Below the pieces are notes generated by a model. That model was not told the DNA's origin, did no database searches, and saw only the letters and a list, made by a program, of their open reading frames with translations. DNA of 63,998 nucleotides, counting the filler, from an uncultured bacterium (GTDB lineage Bacteria; Latescibacterota; UBA2968), in the NCBI GenBank assembly GCA_964471275.1. It is 4 parts of 4 records of this genome, joined end to end, with 100 filler letters (N's around TTAATTAATTAA, not from the genome) between each part and the next. Parts side by side here need not be neighbours in the genome. Positions count along the whole stretch, not along the records: positions 48,404 to 63,998 come from CAYYGZ010000103.1; 3 more parts are not named here. One strand, 5' to 3'. The stretch's first letter is position 1. Each line of letters begins with the position of its first letter. Positions 50,037-59,766 of the stretch are shown in pieces. The translations under genes and the position numbers were made by a program.

Positions 50037-52475
50037 ATGAAGAAGGCACCGCAAATTCAACTAAGTAGGGTACGTAAATCCCGAATTCAGAGAGCGTTAT
50101 CTCGATTCGGAATTTGTGCGGTCGTCGTCGCCTGCCTGTTTCTACAGGTCATTCTCGCGCACCGAGCCGCAGGTCAGTCGCCCCCCGCACCTGTCCAGAA
50201 AATCACAAATGACGCGCCTCCCCTGGGAACACTCGAATTCTCGGCCGACCGTGTGGAAGACCGGGTCAGCGAGGACCGGATCCTCTTTACAGGGAATGTC
50301 ATCCTCAGATATGGGGAAGTCGAGATCAAGGCGGGTCGGATCCTCTTCGATCGGTCGACCCAGGAAATAACGGCAGAACCGTTGGAAGAGGACAGCAACC
50401 TTACCGGTACCCCTCACTTTATCCGGGGTTCGGAGAGATTCTCCGGGCGGAAGATGATCTATAACATCGCGTCTGGCAGGGGACGCGTCTGGGAAGGGAG
50501 GGCGAAGAGCCAGAACTATCACATCTGGGGAGAACACGCCCTCCTGGACAGCGTCAAGAACGTGTTCCTGCGAGATCTGGCGATCAGCACGTGTGATGAG
50601 GAGCACGCACATTACAGGTTTCAAGTCGGTCGACTCAAGATGGTCGAGAACGACAAGGCAATCGCTCGCAACTTAACCTTCGAGCTCGGGCCCGTGCCTG
50701 TCATGTGGCTGCCCTTCTACGTCTTCCCGCTCCAGCAGGGCAGGCGATCCGGCGTTCTCACCCCCAACCTCGGGTCCAACAGTCGTGACGGCTTTACTGT
50801 CAGCAACCTCGGCTACTACTATGCTCCCAGCGATTATTGGGATGCGGCCCTGGCAGCCACGCTTCGGGAACAGGGCGGACTGCTTCTCGACGGCGACCTG
50901 GCCTACCACGTTCGCGATCGCGTGAGAGGGTCACTCGATCTCCAGTTCGAGAACGTCAACACATCAACTGCGACCACGACACGCAACTTCCGATTCAGCC
51001 TCAATCACTGGCAGAGGCTCTCGACGTCATCAAGCATTCGGGCAACGGGCAACTTCACGAGCAGTCGGACCTTTGACCAGAGAAACACCGACAACCTCTA
51101 CAACTTCCTGAACCAGCAGCTCCGATCTAGCCTCTCCCTCGACAAGGACTGGCGCGAAGCCGGCCGTAGCGTGGACCTCGGCCTCACATACATTCGGAAC
51201 CTCGAGGAGAAGACAAACGCGTTTCAGGGATTCCCGCGTGTCTCGTTCAGACAGAGTCGTCGTCGCATATTTGGTGAGGGATCGAGCACGACTTGGGGCG
51301 CGATTCGATCCGTCGTGTCGAAATCGGGAGCACAACCGTGGTATCGCGCCTTCTACTACAGCTTCTCCGCTGATCTTGACAACGCCTTTACGGAGGAGCC
51401 CGTCGATTCGCTCGAACGTGATGACCTCAATCTGGGTGGTCGTCTGACCGTCAACAGCCAGCATCGGCCGATGGGATGGCTCGAGCTCACACCCTCTTTG
51501 AGCACATCTCAACGACTGTCGCGCAACAACCAGGAGCGGCCAACACGGACCGAATCATACAGTGCGAGTATCAACGCCGGAACGACGCTCTACGGCATCT
51601 TCCTTTTCGAGGCCGGCAGACTGAGGGGCATCCGACACCGACTGCAGCCGAGAGCCGGATTCAGATACAGCCAGAACGCAGCGGTCGATGGCGGAACGCT
51701 CGGCTTCGGGGGCATCCGATCTGCCGGCGATGCCAGACAAACACTGGATCTGTCGTTGTCGAACACCTTCGAACTGAAGACGGAAAATGCAGACGGGCAG
51801 GAGAATCGGTTTACTTTCGCGAGTGCGAGCGTTTCCACAGGATTCGATTTCGACAGGAACCTGGAGCGGTGGCGCTCCTTGCGATCGACCGCATCGATCA
51901 AGCCGAACAGACGGATTGATGTTCGCCTCAGCACCAGCCACGCGCTCTACGATGCGAATGGCGCCTGGCAGCCTTTCCTTCCCCGACTCGAGAACCTGAC
52001 GGTGACATCCAACTTCAGATTCTCCGGATCAAGCATTACGTCAAACCGCCAGACCGACGCTTTTGCTGCCGACATCCGGGATCCCCTGGCACGTCCTTCT
52101 GATTTCGGTTTTGAGCGAAACCTCTACCGGGAGGAAGCGATCGGCTCCTCCCCCTGGCGTTTCAGTATTGGCCATCACTTCGACACCCGACGAACACCAC
52201 TGGGTACCACAAACCGCACATCCTGGGTGAAGGCAGACTTTGGACTGAACCCCGGCCGGTGGGTATCTCGGATAGACTATGCGATCAACGTTAACCTGGT
52301 CGATCCCGGTGTGACGAATCAGACGGTCTCACTATACAAGAAACTCCACTGTTTTGAAGGGAGACTAACCGTAGTGCCGAACGGTTTCAACCGCGGTTTT
52401 GCCTTCAAATTCAACATCAAAGACATTCCGAACATCGGCATTTCCACCCGGCGAGGCGGGGTCTACGGCCTCTAG
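50037..52475 (+). CDS. lptD: Putative LPS assembly protein LptD
   Basis: OstA-like N-domain (FSADRV..GNVILRYG), STCD..HY, PV.WLPF..P..RRSGVL.P, beta-barrel C-region, LHCFEG; start uncertain. Confidence 0.85.
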   Translation: MKKAPQIQLSRVRKSRIQRALSRFGICAVVVACLFLQVILAHRAAGQSPPAPVQKITNDAPPLGTLEFSADRVEDRVSEDRILFTGNVILRYGEVEIKAGRILFDRSTQEITAEPLEEDSNLTGTPHFIRGSERFSGRKMIYNIASGRGRVWEGRAKSQNYHIWGEHALLDSVKNVFLRDLAISTCDEEHAHYRFQVGRLKMVENDKAIARNLTFELGPVPVMWLPFYVFPLQQGRRSGVLTPNLGSNSRDGFTVSNLGYYYAPSDYWDAALAATLREQGGLLLDGDLAYHVRDRVRGSLDLQFENVNTSTATTTRNFRFSLNHWQRLSTSSSIRATGNFTSSRTFDQRNTDNLYNFLNQQLRSSLSLDKDWREAGRSVDLGLTYIRNLEEKTNAFQGFPRVSFRQSRRRIFGEGSSTTWGAIRSVVSKSGAQPWYRAFYYSFSADLDNAFTEEPVDSLERDDLNLGGRLTVNSQHRPMGWLELTPSLSTSQRLSRNNQERPTRTESYSASINAGTTLYGIFLFEAGRLRGIRHRLQPRAGFRYSQNAAVDGGTLGFGGIRSAGDARQTLDLSLSNTFELKTENADGQENRFTFASASVSTGFDFDRNLERWRSLRSTASIKPNRRIDVRLSTSHALYDANGAWQPFLPRLENLTVTSNFRFSGSSITSNRQTDAFAADIRDPLARPSDFGFERNLYREEAIGSSPWRFSIGHHFDTRRTPLGTTNRTSWVKADFGLNPGRWVSRIDYAINVNLVDPGVTNQTVSLYKKLHCFEGRLTVVPNGFNRGFAFKFNIKDIPNIGISTRRGGVYGL

Positions 52476-52540
52476 CCAACCTGCCTCAACCCCCTATTTT
52501 CAATACACTTATCTCTATAGTAGCTACACACCATTGCTCC

Positions 52541-52569
52541 TTGCATGAGCCCATGTATTGGAGTACATT
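52541..52569 (+). promoter_or_regulatory. Sigma70-like promoter of the dtd-maf-rodZ-priA cluster
   Basis: TTGCAT-17 bp-TACATT in an AT-rich gap. Confidence 0.55.
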
Positions 52570-52641
52570 CCAAAGGTCCATTTTCTTCTATTTGGCTGAG
52601 TAACTAAGAGTTACGTCGGTCTTGACCTGCTGGAGTCCAGG

Positions 52642-53094
52642 GTGAGAGCGTTGATACAGCGGGTGTCCAGAGCATCGGTCTCCGTTGACGGCAAACCCGA
52701 AGGGACAATCGAGCAGGGCCTGGTTGTGCTGTTGGGAATCGCTCACGCCGATACGTCCGAGGACATCACCTACCTGGTGAACAAGACGATTGATCTCCGT
52801 ATCTTCAGCGACGCAGAGCGCAAGATGAACCTGTCGCTCAGAGATGTTGCGGGGGAAGTTCTGATCGTCTCACAGTTCACCCTGTATGGCGATGTGCGAC
52901 GGGGGCGCAGACCGAGCTACACAGACGCGGCACGCCCGGAGACGGCAATACCCCTTTACGAATCGTTTGTTCAAGCGTTCCGGTCGCAAGGAATCCCCGT
53001 CAAGACGGGTGAATTCGGTGCTGACATGGCTATCGATCTTTGTAATGACGGACCCGTAACACTGATGCTTGAATCATCCGTGGCGAACTCGTGA
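52642..53094 (+). CDS. dtd: D-aminoacyl-tRNA deacylase
   Basis: MRALIQRV, VSQFTL, GRRPS, FGADM, NDGPVT. Confidence 0.96.
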   Translation: MRALIQRVSRASVSVDGKPEGTIEQGLVVLLGIAHADTSEDITYLVNKTIDLRIFSDAERKMNLSLRDVAGEVLIVSQFTLYGDVRRGRRPSYTDAARPETAIPLYESFVQAFRSQGIPVKTGEFGADMAIDLCNDGPVTLMLESSVANS

Positions 53095-53720
53095 GTAACG
53101 TCCTCATCCTGGCGTCCGCATCGCCGCGCCGCGCCGATCTGCTCCGCACGATCGGATGCCGATTCGAGGTGGTGCCGAGCGCCGTAAATGAACAGACCAG
53201 ACCCGAGATCACACCGATTGACGTTGTCACGCAGCTTGCCGCTCGCAAAGCCGATGATGTTGCTCAGCAGTATCCTGACCGGATCGTGATCGGGGCAGAC
53301 ACGATCGTCATAGCCAGGGATCACATCCTGGGCAAACCCGAAGATAGAGACGACGCCAGGAGGACGCTGCAGCGTCTGTCGGGTGCGACCCATCAGGTAT
53401 TCACGGCCATCTCTCTGGTGCTGCGTGCGAAGGGACGGTCGGAGTCTGCTCTGGCTCGAACGGATGTGACATTCCGTGCCCTATCAGACGAGGAGATCGA
53501 GCGATATCTCGACACGTCCGAGCCATACGACAAGGCCGGGTCATACGGTATCCAGGGCCGAGCCGCGCTCTTTGCGGAAGATATCCAGGGCTGCTTCTAC
53601 AATGTCGTAGGCTTTCCGGTCACCCAGTTCTGGCTCGCTCTGAACCGCATGACGGATGGCACACCTGAAGCCTATCTCTCAACCACCCCGACGCCGGATC
53701 TCTTGGCATTGGACGGCTGA
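53091..53720 (+). CDS. maf: Maf family nucleoside triphosphate pyrophosphatase
   Basis: LASASPRR, GADTIV, GKP, DKAGSYGIQG, NVVG. Confidence 0.95.
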   Translation: MSNVLILASASPRRADLLRTIGCRFEVVPSAVNEQTRPEITPIDVVTQLAARKADDVAQQYPDRIVIGADTIVIARDHILGKPEDRDDARRTLQRLSGATHQVFTAISLVLRAKGRSESALARTDVTFRALSDEEIERYLDTSEPYDKAGSYGIQGRAALFAEDIQGCFYNVVGFPVTQFWLALNRMTDGTPEAYLSTTPTPDLLALDG

Positions 53721-53738
53721 CCGTACTAACAGGCACGC

Positions 53739-54713
53739 ATGGACGAACTGATCAACGACCTCAAGTCGAAACGCCAGGCTCAGGGCCTGAGTATCGACGA
53801 CCTCTTCCAGCGGACACGCATCAACACCGATTTCCTCGAAGCGCTTGAGGCTGGCAATTTCGATGTTCTGCCCGAAGCTTACATCAAGCTCTTCCTCAAG
53901 TGCTATGCGCAGGAGGTGAAGCTCGATGGTGACGAGATCGTAAGAAGGTTCGAGCAACTGCGGTGGAAGGCAAAAGCATCGGCCGAAACGGGATCACGCC
54001 ATGAGGAATCAGACGGCATACCGGGTTGGGTGATCGGTGTGGGGGGAGCGCTCGCTCTGGCCATCGGGGTAGCCGTCATCGCTTGGCAATCGATGCCGGA
54101 GCCGCGAACACCACCACCCGTACGGCAGGCGAAATCCAGACCAGCACGCTCGGAACCGTTACCTTCGCCTTCTGCACAGGTAACGCCCCCACCTCCATCT
54201 GACGCTGCCTCCGAATCGGGCCCGCCGAAGGAGACGCCGACGAATCCTGCTCCCGATCCCGAACCCGCTCCGCAGGAGCCAGCAGCTTCGCTCAGCCTCG
54301 CCTCGACTGACACTACCGATACAACTTCGGCAGACCCGCAAGGCAAAGAAGAGGACGAGCGAGTCGTATCTGCCTATTCCCTGAGTCTGAATCAGGACCT
54401 GGCGACCGAGACAGGAGACCTGAACCTTACCGCCGTCAGCTTGGAGCCGACGCAGATTACCGTCATCTCCGACGGTGAGCCCACATTTGACGGTGAGGTC
54501 AGTGCAGGCCGACGTACCTCCTGGCGAGCACGAGACCGTTTTCTGATCGAAATCAAGCAGGGCTCAGGTGTTCGACTACAACTGCAAGATGAGATCCTAC
54601 CTCAGGTCGGTGCAGATGGGCGAAAGGTCAGACTCTTCATCTCCAGATCCAGCATTTGGGTCGAGGAGATCGAATCCCTCGGTCTGGCTTCTTCGACCAC
54701 ATCCACTCCTTGA
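53739..54713 (+). CDS. RodZ-like HTH-TM-DUF4115 protein
   Basis: N-terminal HTH (TRI..FLEALEAG.F..LP..Y), one TM, Pro-rich linker, beta C-domain. Confidence 0.8.
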   Translation: MDELINDLKSKRQAQGLSIDDLFQRTRINTDFLEALEAGNFDVLPEAYIKLFLKCYAQEVKLDGDEIVRRFEQLRWKAKASAETGSRHEESDGIPGWVIGVGGALALAIGVAVIAWQSMPEPRTPPPVRQAKSRPARSEPLPSPSAQVTPPPPSDAASESGPPKETPTNPAPDPEPAPQEPAASLSLASTDTTDTTSADPQGKEEDERVVSAYSLSLNQDLATETGDLNLTAVSLEPTQITVISDGEPTFDGEVSAGRRTSWRARDRFLIEIKQGSGVRLQLQDEILPQVGADGRKVRLFISRSSIWVEEIESLGLASSTTSTP

Positions 54714-57151
54714 GAGCTTTTGCCAACATCATTCCCCTCGGTACGCGCATCAATCAGGCCATGACGTACCGGGTTCCGGAGAACCTCCTTCGATCTGACG
54801 GCACGCGGGAACCGATCGAACCGGGAAGCCGTGTGCTTGTACCTCTGGGACCCAGATGGGTAACTGGAGTCGTGACCGATCTTCAGGATTCGACCGACAT
54901 CGAGAACGTTCGCGATATCGGCATGCTGCTCGACCCTTACCCGGCAATCCCGCAGAGCCTATTGAAGACCTGCCAATGGATCGCCGGATACTATCTCTGC
55001 AGTCTTTCCGAAGTGTTGAGCGCAGCCCTCCCCGCAGGCATACACACCCAGAGCGGCCAGAGGATCGCGCTCGCCGACAGCTCCCTATCGGCTCTGGATG
55101 ACAGGCAACAATCAGTTGTCGCCTGCATCAACGAGCACGGGCCGCTGACCGTGAAACAGCTCGAGAGACGAGTCGGACCGCGGATTCGCGGCATCATCCA
55201 CGGGCTTTGCCGATCGGGTGTTCTCAAGTCCGTGCAATCCATGAACCAGCCGAGAACCGCTGCAAAGACCGAGCGTGTGATTCAATTGATTCCGGATGAC
55301 CCGTGCTGGCTTGAAGCGGAACTGCCGCAAATCGAGCGAAGGGCACCAAAGCAGACACACTGCCTGGCCCTGTTGCGGGGAGCGGGCGGGGCGATGCCCG
55401 CGCGTACGCTCGCCGAGAACGGGATTGGCAGCGCGATCGTCCGACGGCTCGTCGAAAGAAAGATCCTGAGAGTTACACAACAGGAAATCCGACGCGACCC
55501 CTATGCGAATGAAACACCCGAGCCTGTTGACCAGGTCAAACCCACGGATCAGCAGACGGCGGCCCTGGACGCCATCCTGAAGGACGTGTCGGCTCCGAAC
55601 TACTGTACACACCTGATCAGCGGCGTAACGGGAAGCGGTAAAACACTGATCTACATCCGAGCCGTCGAACGGGCCGTGCAGCAGGGCAGAGGCGCAATCG
55701 TGCTGATTCCTGAAATCTCCCTGACGCCACAGACAGTTGGACGGTTCCGCGCGCAGTTCGGAGACCGGGTGGCCGTCCTGCACAGCGCACTCAGCGAGGG
55801 TGAACGATACGACGCCTGGCGCGATCTGCGCGAAGGCAAGAAACAAATTGTCGTCGGTGCGCGGTCGGCTGTGTTTGCACCGATCCCGAACCTCGGAATC
55901 ATCGTTGTTGACGAGGAGCACGATAGCTCGTACAAGCAGGACAACCCGGCGCCGCGTTACAACGCGAAGGACGTTGCCGTCGTTCGCGGGCAGACAGAGG
56001 GAGTGCCCGTGCTCCTCGGATCAGCAACTCCGTCACTGGAATCGTACCGAAATGCCACAGCGCAGAAATTCAACCTGATCCGACTAGACGAACGTGTCGA
56101 TGCCCGACCGATGCCCAAGGTTCTCGTCGTTGATATGCGGCAAGAAAGCGGACTTTTCTCAACAGAGCTACACGAGCGGATCCTGGACCGCCTGACGCAG
56201 AAAGAGCAGGTGATCCTCCTCCAGAATCGCAGAGGATACGCACCCTACATCCAATGTGCGGACTGTGGCGAGGCGCTCCAATGCACATCGTGTATGGTCA
56301 GTCTCACACTCCACGGTCCATCGGAAAGGGGACGCCTGATCTGCCACTATTGTGGACATAATCAGTCGATGCCTCGGGAGTGCCCCTCGTGCTGTTCGGG
56401 GAAGCTAAAGAGGCTTGGCCTTGGTACCCAGAGAATCGAGGAAGTACTCGGTCGGCAGTATCCGGATGCCCGCGTTCTGAGGATGGATGTGGACGCAACC
56501 TCCAGGAAAGGCTCGCACGCACGCATCCTCGATGCATTCGGACGGGGCGACGCGGACATCCTGCTCGGCACACAAATGGTTGCGAAGGGCCTGGACTTTC
56601 CTGGCGTAACGCTGGTGGGCGTCATCTCCGCAGATACCGGTCTGAACTTGCCGGATTTCAGAGCCGGTGAACGGACCTTCCAGCTCCTCACCCAGGTCAG
56701 CGGCCGAGCTGGCCGAGGCGACCGACCGGGCGAGGTGGTCGTACAGACCTACAAGCCGGAGGAAGATGCGATCCGATTCGCGCGCGAACACGACTTCGAA
56801 GCGTTCGCAGATGCTGAAGATCCGTTGCGCAAGGGCACGGGTTTCCCGCCATTCAGTCGACTCGCACTGTTCCTCTTCAAGGGTCCCTCCGAGAGCGATG
56901 TAGCGGAGCGCGCTGGACATTGCGCCGACATTCTGCGTTCGACCGGAATAGGCGCCGTCGATATTCTCGGTCCTGTGCAGGCTCCCCTCTCCCGATTACA
57001 GGGCCGATACCGCTGGCACGTCATCCTCAAATCCGCTTCCCATCGTGCTCTGAATCAAACCATACGCGTGGCCCTCGACCGATTCGGCGGTAGAGGTACA
57101 CGCGGCGCCGTCACGCTCGACGTGGACATCGACCCCGTTTCGATGCTCTAG
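54710..57151 (+). CDS. priA: Primosomal protein N'
   Basis: GVTGSGKT, PEISLTPQ, DEEH, GSATPS, four CxxC pairs, GTQMVAKGLDF, QVSGRAGR, DIDP. Confidence 0.97.
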   Translation: MRAFANIIPLGTRINQAMTYRVPENLLRSDGTREPIEPGSRVLVPLGPRWVTGVVTDLQDSTDIENVRDIGMLLDPYPAIPQSLLKTCQWIAGYYLCSLSEVLSAALPAGIHTQSGQRIALADSSLSALDDRQQSVVACINEHGPLTVKQLERRVGPRIRGIIHGLCRSGVLKSVQSMNQPRTAAKTERVIQLIPDDPCWLEAELPQIERRAPKQTHCLALLRGAGGAMPARTLAENGIGSAIVRRLVERKILRVTQQEIRRDPYANETPEPVDQVKPTDQQTAALDAILKDVSAPNYCTHLISGVTGSGKTLIYIRAVERAVQQGRGAIVLIPEISLTPQTVGRFRAQFGDRVAVLHSALSEGERYDAWRDLREGKKQIVVGARSAVFAPIPNLGIIVVDEEHDSSYKQDNPAPRYNAKDVAVVRGQTEGVPVLLGSATPSLESYRNATAQKFNLIRLDERVDARPMPKVLVVDMRQESGLFSTELHERILDRLTQKEQVILLQNRRGYAPYIQCADCGEALQCTSCMVSLTLHGPSERGRLICHYCGHNQSMPRECPSCCSGKLKRLGLGTQRIEEVLGRQYPDARVLRMDVDATSRKGSHARILDAFGRGDADILLGTQMVAKGLDFPGVTLVGVISADTGLNLPDFRAGERTFQLLTQVSGRAGRGDRPGEVVVQTYKPEEDAIRFAREHDFEAFADAEDPLRKGTGFPPFSRLALFLFKGPSESDVAERAGHCADILRSTGIGAVDILGPVQAPLSRLQGRYRWHVILKSASHRALNQTIRVALDRFGGRGTRGAVTLDVDIDPVSML

Positions 57152-57155
57152 ACCT

Positions 57156-58637
57156 ATGGACCGTCACCCAATTCTCAATCTCTTCCGCCACACGCTCACG
57201 TATGGCTTCGGCGACATAGTCGGTCGAGCCGTTGCTGTCGTGCTCCTGCCAATCTATGCACGCTTACTCACCGACGCAGAGAATGGTCAGATCGCGATCG
57301 GCTTCGCGATCGTCGGATTCTGCGCGGTCTTCTATTCGCTCGGTCTGAATCAGGCACTCATCAAGTATCTTTCCGGTCAGGTAGAGTCCGAGACAGACAG
57401 GAGCTGTGAACGCTTCAGTTCAGCGTTCTGGTCACTCTCCTGCGTGGCACTCATCGTTTCAGGTCTTGGCTACTCCCTCTCGGAGCCGCTCGCAGGCTGG
57501 ATCCTCGGTGGGCCAGCCGATGCCGATATCATCCAGATGCTTTGCGCGATCATCCTGCTCGACACGCTGAGCGAACCGATGTTCTCGCTCTGCCGGGCAC
57601 GTCAGCGATCGACACGTTTTGCCGCAACCCGCCTTGTGCAACACACGCTGCAGATATCGCTGATTGCGTATCTGATTGCAGTGGAAGGCTGGGGTGTCCG
57701 CGCGGTCTTTGCATCAAACATCGTCAGTTCCGTGTTCGCCCTGGTGGTGATGCTCCCCGTCGCGCTCCCCGTACTGCGACCGACCGTCAATACTGGCTTA
57801 CTTCGCGAACTCCTGACATTCGGGATACCCTTCGTACCGTCTGCGGTCTCGCTGCTCGTCATCAGTCTCTCGGACAGATTGCTGATCGAGCACTTTCTCG
57901 GCATGAAGGCACTCGGCGTCTACAGCATTACGTTCAAGATCGCGCTCCCCATGCTTGTCATCGTCCGCGCATTTCGATCGGCCTGGGCACCCGGTCTCCT
58001 GTCCGTCAGCGACCCGGACCAGGCCCGTCAGATGTGTGCTCGTATCACCACCTACTTCGTCGGGGCTGCAAGCTTCCTTATTCTCATCGTCATCGCATTC
58101 AACAGAGAACTCGTCATCCTTGTCGCCGGGGCCAATGCGGACACCTACCTCCCTGGAGCGAAGATCGTCCCCATTGTCGCTTTCAGCCACTTCCTGCACG
58201 GTTTCTACGTGATCCTGACGGCCGGCGTGTTCGCCGAGGGACGCAGCAGGGTCCTCCCTTTCGTGGTGATCTCAGGTGCTCTGCTGAACGTTGGCCTTAA
58301 CTGGATGTTCATCCCAAGAGTGGGCTACCTTGCAGCGGCCTGGAGCACCGCCGCCGCCAATGGACTGATGGCCTTGCTCTTGTACGCGAATACCCGCAGA
58401 TTCTATCCTGTTCCGTTCGAGTTCGCCCGTATCGCAAAGGCTGGGACTGCAGCAATCCTGGTCTCTTTTGCACTGGACCTCAACGATGCGACTTTCGAAG
58501 GAACGCTTGCGAAAGCCCTGATTCTCCTGGCCTATCCGATCATACTTGGCGGATGGAACTTCATCGAACCGGGGGAGTGGCACAGCCTGCGACATTACCT
58601 CCATCTTCAGAGCGCTTCAAACAGCGCCGGCGGCTGA
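57156..58637 (+). CDS. Wzx-like oligosaccharide flippase
   Basis: Polytopic; LLPIYARLL, LLTFGIP, SDR, GVYS..K, AWAP. Confidence 0.85.
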   Translation: MDRHPILNLFRHTLTYGFGDIVGRAVAVVLLPIYARLLTDAENGQIAIGFAIVGFCAVFYSLGLNQALIKYLSGQVESETDRSCERFSSAFWSLSCVALIVSGLGYSLSEPLAGWILGGPADADIIQMLCAIILLDTLSEPMFSLCRARQRSTRFAATRLVQHTLQISLIAYLIAVEGWGVRAVFASNIVSSVFALVVMLPVALPVLRPTVNTGLLRELLTFGIPFVPSAVSLLVISLSDRLLIEHFLGMKALGVYSITFKIALPMLVIVRAFRSAWAPGLLSVSDPDQARQMCARITTYFVGAASFLILIVIAFNRELVILVAGANADTYLPGAKIVPIVAFSHFLHGFYVILTAGVFAEGRSRVLPFVVISGALLNVGLNWMFIPRVGYLAAAWSTAAANGLMALLLYANTRRFYPVPFEFARIAKAGTAAILVSFALDLNDATFEGTLAKALILLAYPIILGGWNFIEPGEWHSLRHYLHLQSASNSAGG

Positions 58638-58650
58638 CGAAAGGTCCGGT

Positions 58651-59085
58651 TTGACAAAGAAACTCAAATTTGCACGAGGCAAACTCCGTCGATTCACCCT
58701 CGTGAAGTTCCGAAAAGCCTATGTCGACAAGCAGACGGCTGACCGGCACGGGGAGTGCAACCATTGCGGAGACTGCTGCGCAATTCTGCTCAGATGTCCT
58801 TTCCTGATCAACCTTGATGACGGCTCCAGCCAGTGCAGTATCTACGAAAACCGTCCCGGTCAATGTGCTGCTTTTCCAATCGAGGAGCGAGACCTTGCCG
58901 ACGTTGCCTTCAACTGTACCTACACCTTCGGAGATCAGGTCGAGGACCTCGTCGGAATCGAGACGCCCCAGGGCGAATCCACCGCCGGCGCCTCACCGGA
59001 ACCCTCTGCTGCCTCCAGACGTCTCAACCCTATCCTGACGATTCCGTTCCTCCTGATCTATCGGCTTCTGAACAGGACACGCTGA
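58651..59085 (+). CDS. YkgJ-like CxxCxxCC cysteine-cluster protein
   Basis: CNHCGDCC, CPFL, CSIYENRP.QC..FP. Confidence 0.8.
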   Translation: MTKKLKFARGKLRRFTLVKFRKAYVDKQTADRHGECNHCGDCCAILLRCPFLINLDDGSSQCSIYENRPGQCAAFPIEERDLADVAFNCTYTFGDQVEDLVGIETPQGESTAGASPEPSAASRRLNPILTIPFLLIYRLLNRTR

Positions 59086-59091
59086 TCACCC

Positions 59092-59766
59092 ATGCTTCGC
59101 TCCCTGGCAATCCTGGTTGCCTCCTGTCTCGCCGCCAGCGGTGCGGTCCCCGGTCAGGTACGGCAGGATCGTCCTGACCTGATGACCATCGCGCGTCTGA
59201 AATACCAGGGCGGTGGCGACTGGTACAACGGCCCGACCGAGATCCCGAACCTTCTGACCTATATCCGTACGAATACGCCCATTCGTGCGGCGAATGAAGA
59301 AGCGCGTGTGGAGATCCTGGACGAGGCGCTGTTTTCCTACCCGATTTCATACCTGACGGGCCACGGGAACATCCGGTTCTCGGACACGGAGGTCCGCCGT
59401 CTCCGCCGATACCTCGAAAACGGTGGATTCCTGATCGCCAATGATGATTATGGACTCGACAAAGCTTTCCGCCGAGAGATGGATCGGGTCTTTCCCGACA
59501 AGGCTCTGGTCGAGCTCCCCCCGTCTTTCGAGCTGTTCCACAAGCCTTTCCCCTTCGAGGCACTTCCCAAGATACACGAACACGATGGGAAGCGACCTCA
59601 GGCGCTCGGGATCTTTCACGACGGTCGTCTTGTCGTCATCTATCTCTACGAAAGCGACATCGGAGATGGGTGGGACGACCCTGACGTTCACGGAGATCCG
59701 CCGGCCAAACGTGACGCCGCGCTCAGGTTCGGCACCAACATCGTGCTATGGGCATTGACACACTGA
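59092..59766 (+). CDS. DUF4159 domain protein
   Basis: ARLKYQGGGDWY, YLTGHG, GGFL...DYG, PKIHEHD, DIGDGW. Confidence 0.85.
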   Translation: MLRSLAILVASCLAASGAVPGQVRQDRPDLMTIARLKYQGGGDWYNGPTEIPNLLTYIRTNTPIRAANEEARVEILDEALFSYPISYLTGHGNIRFSDTEVRRLRRYLENGGFLIANDDYGLDKAFRREMDRVFPDKALVELPPSFELFHKPFPFEALPKIHEHDGKRPQALGIFHDGRLVVIYLYESDIGDGWDDPDVHGDPPAKRDAALRFGTNIVLWALTH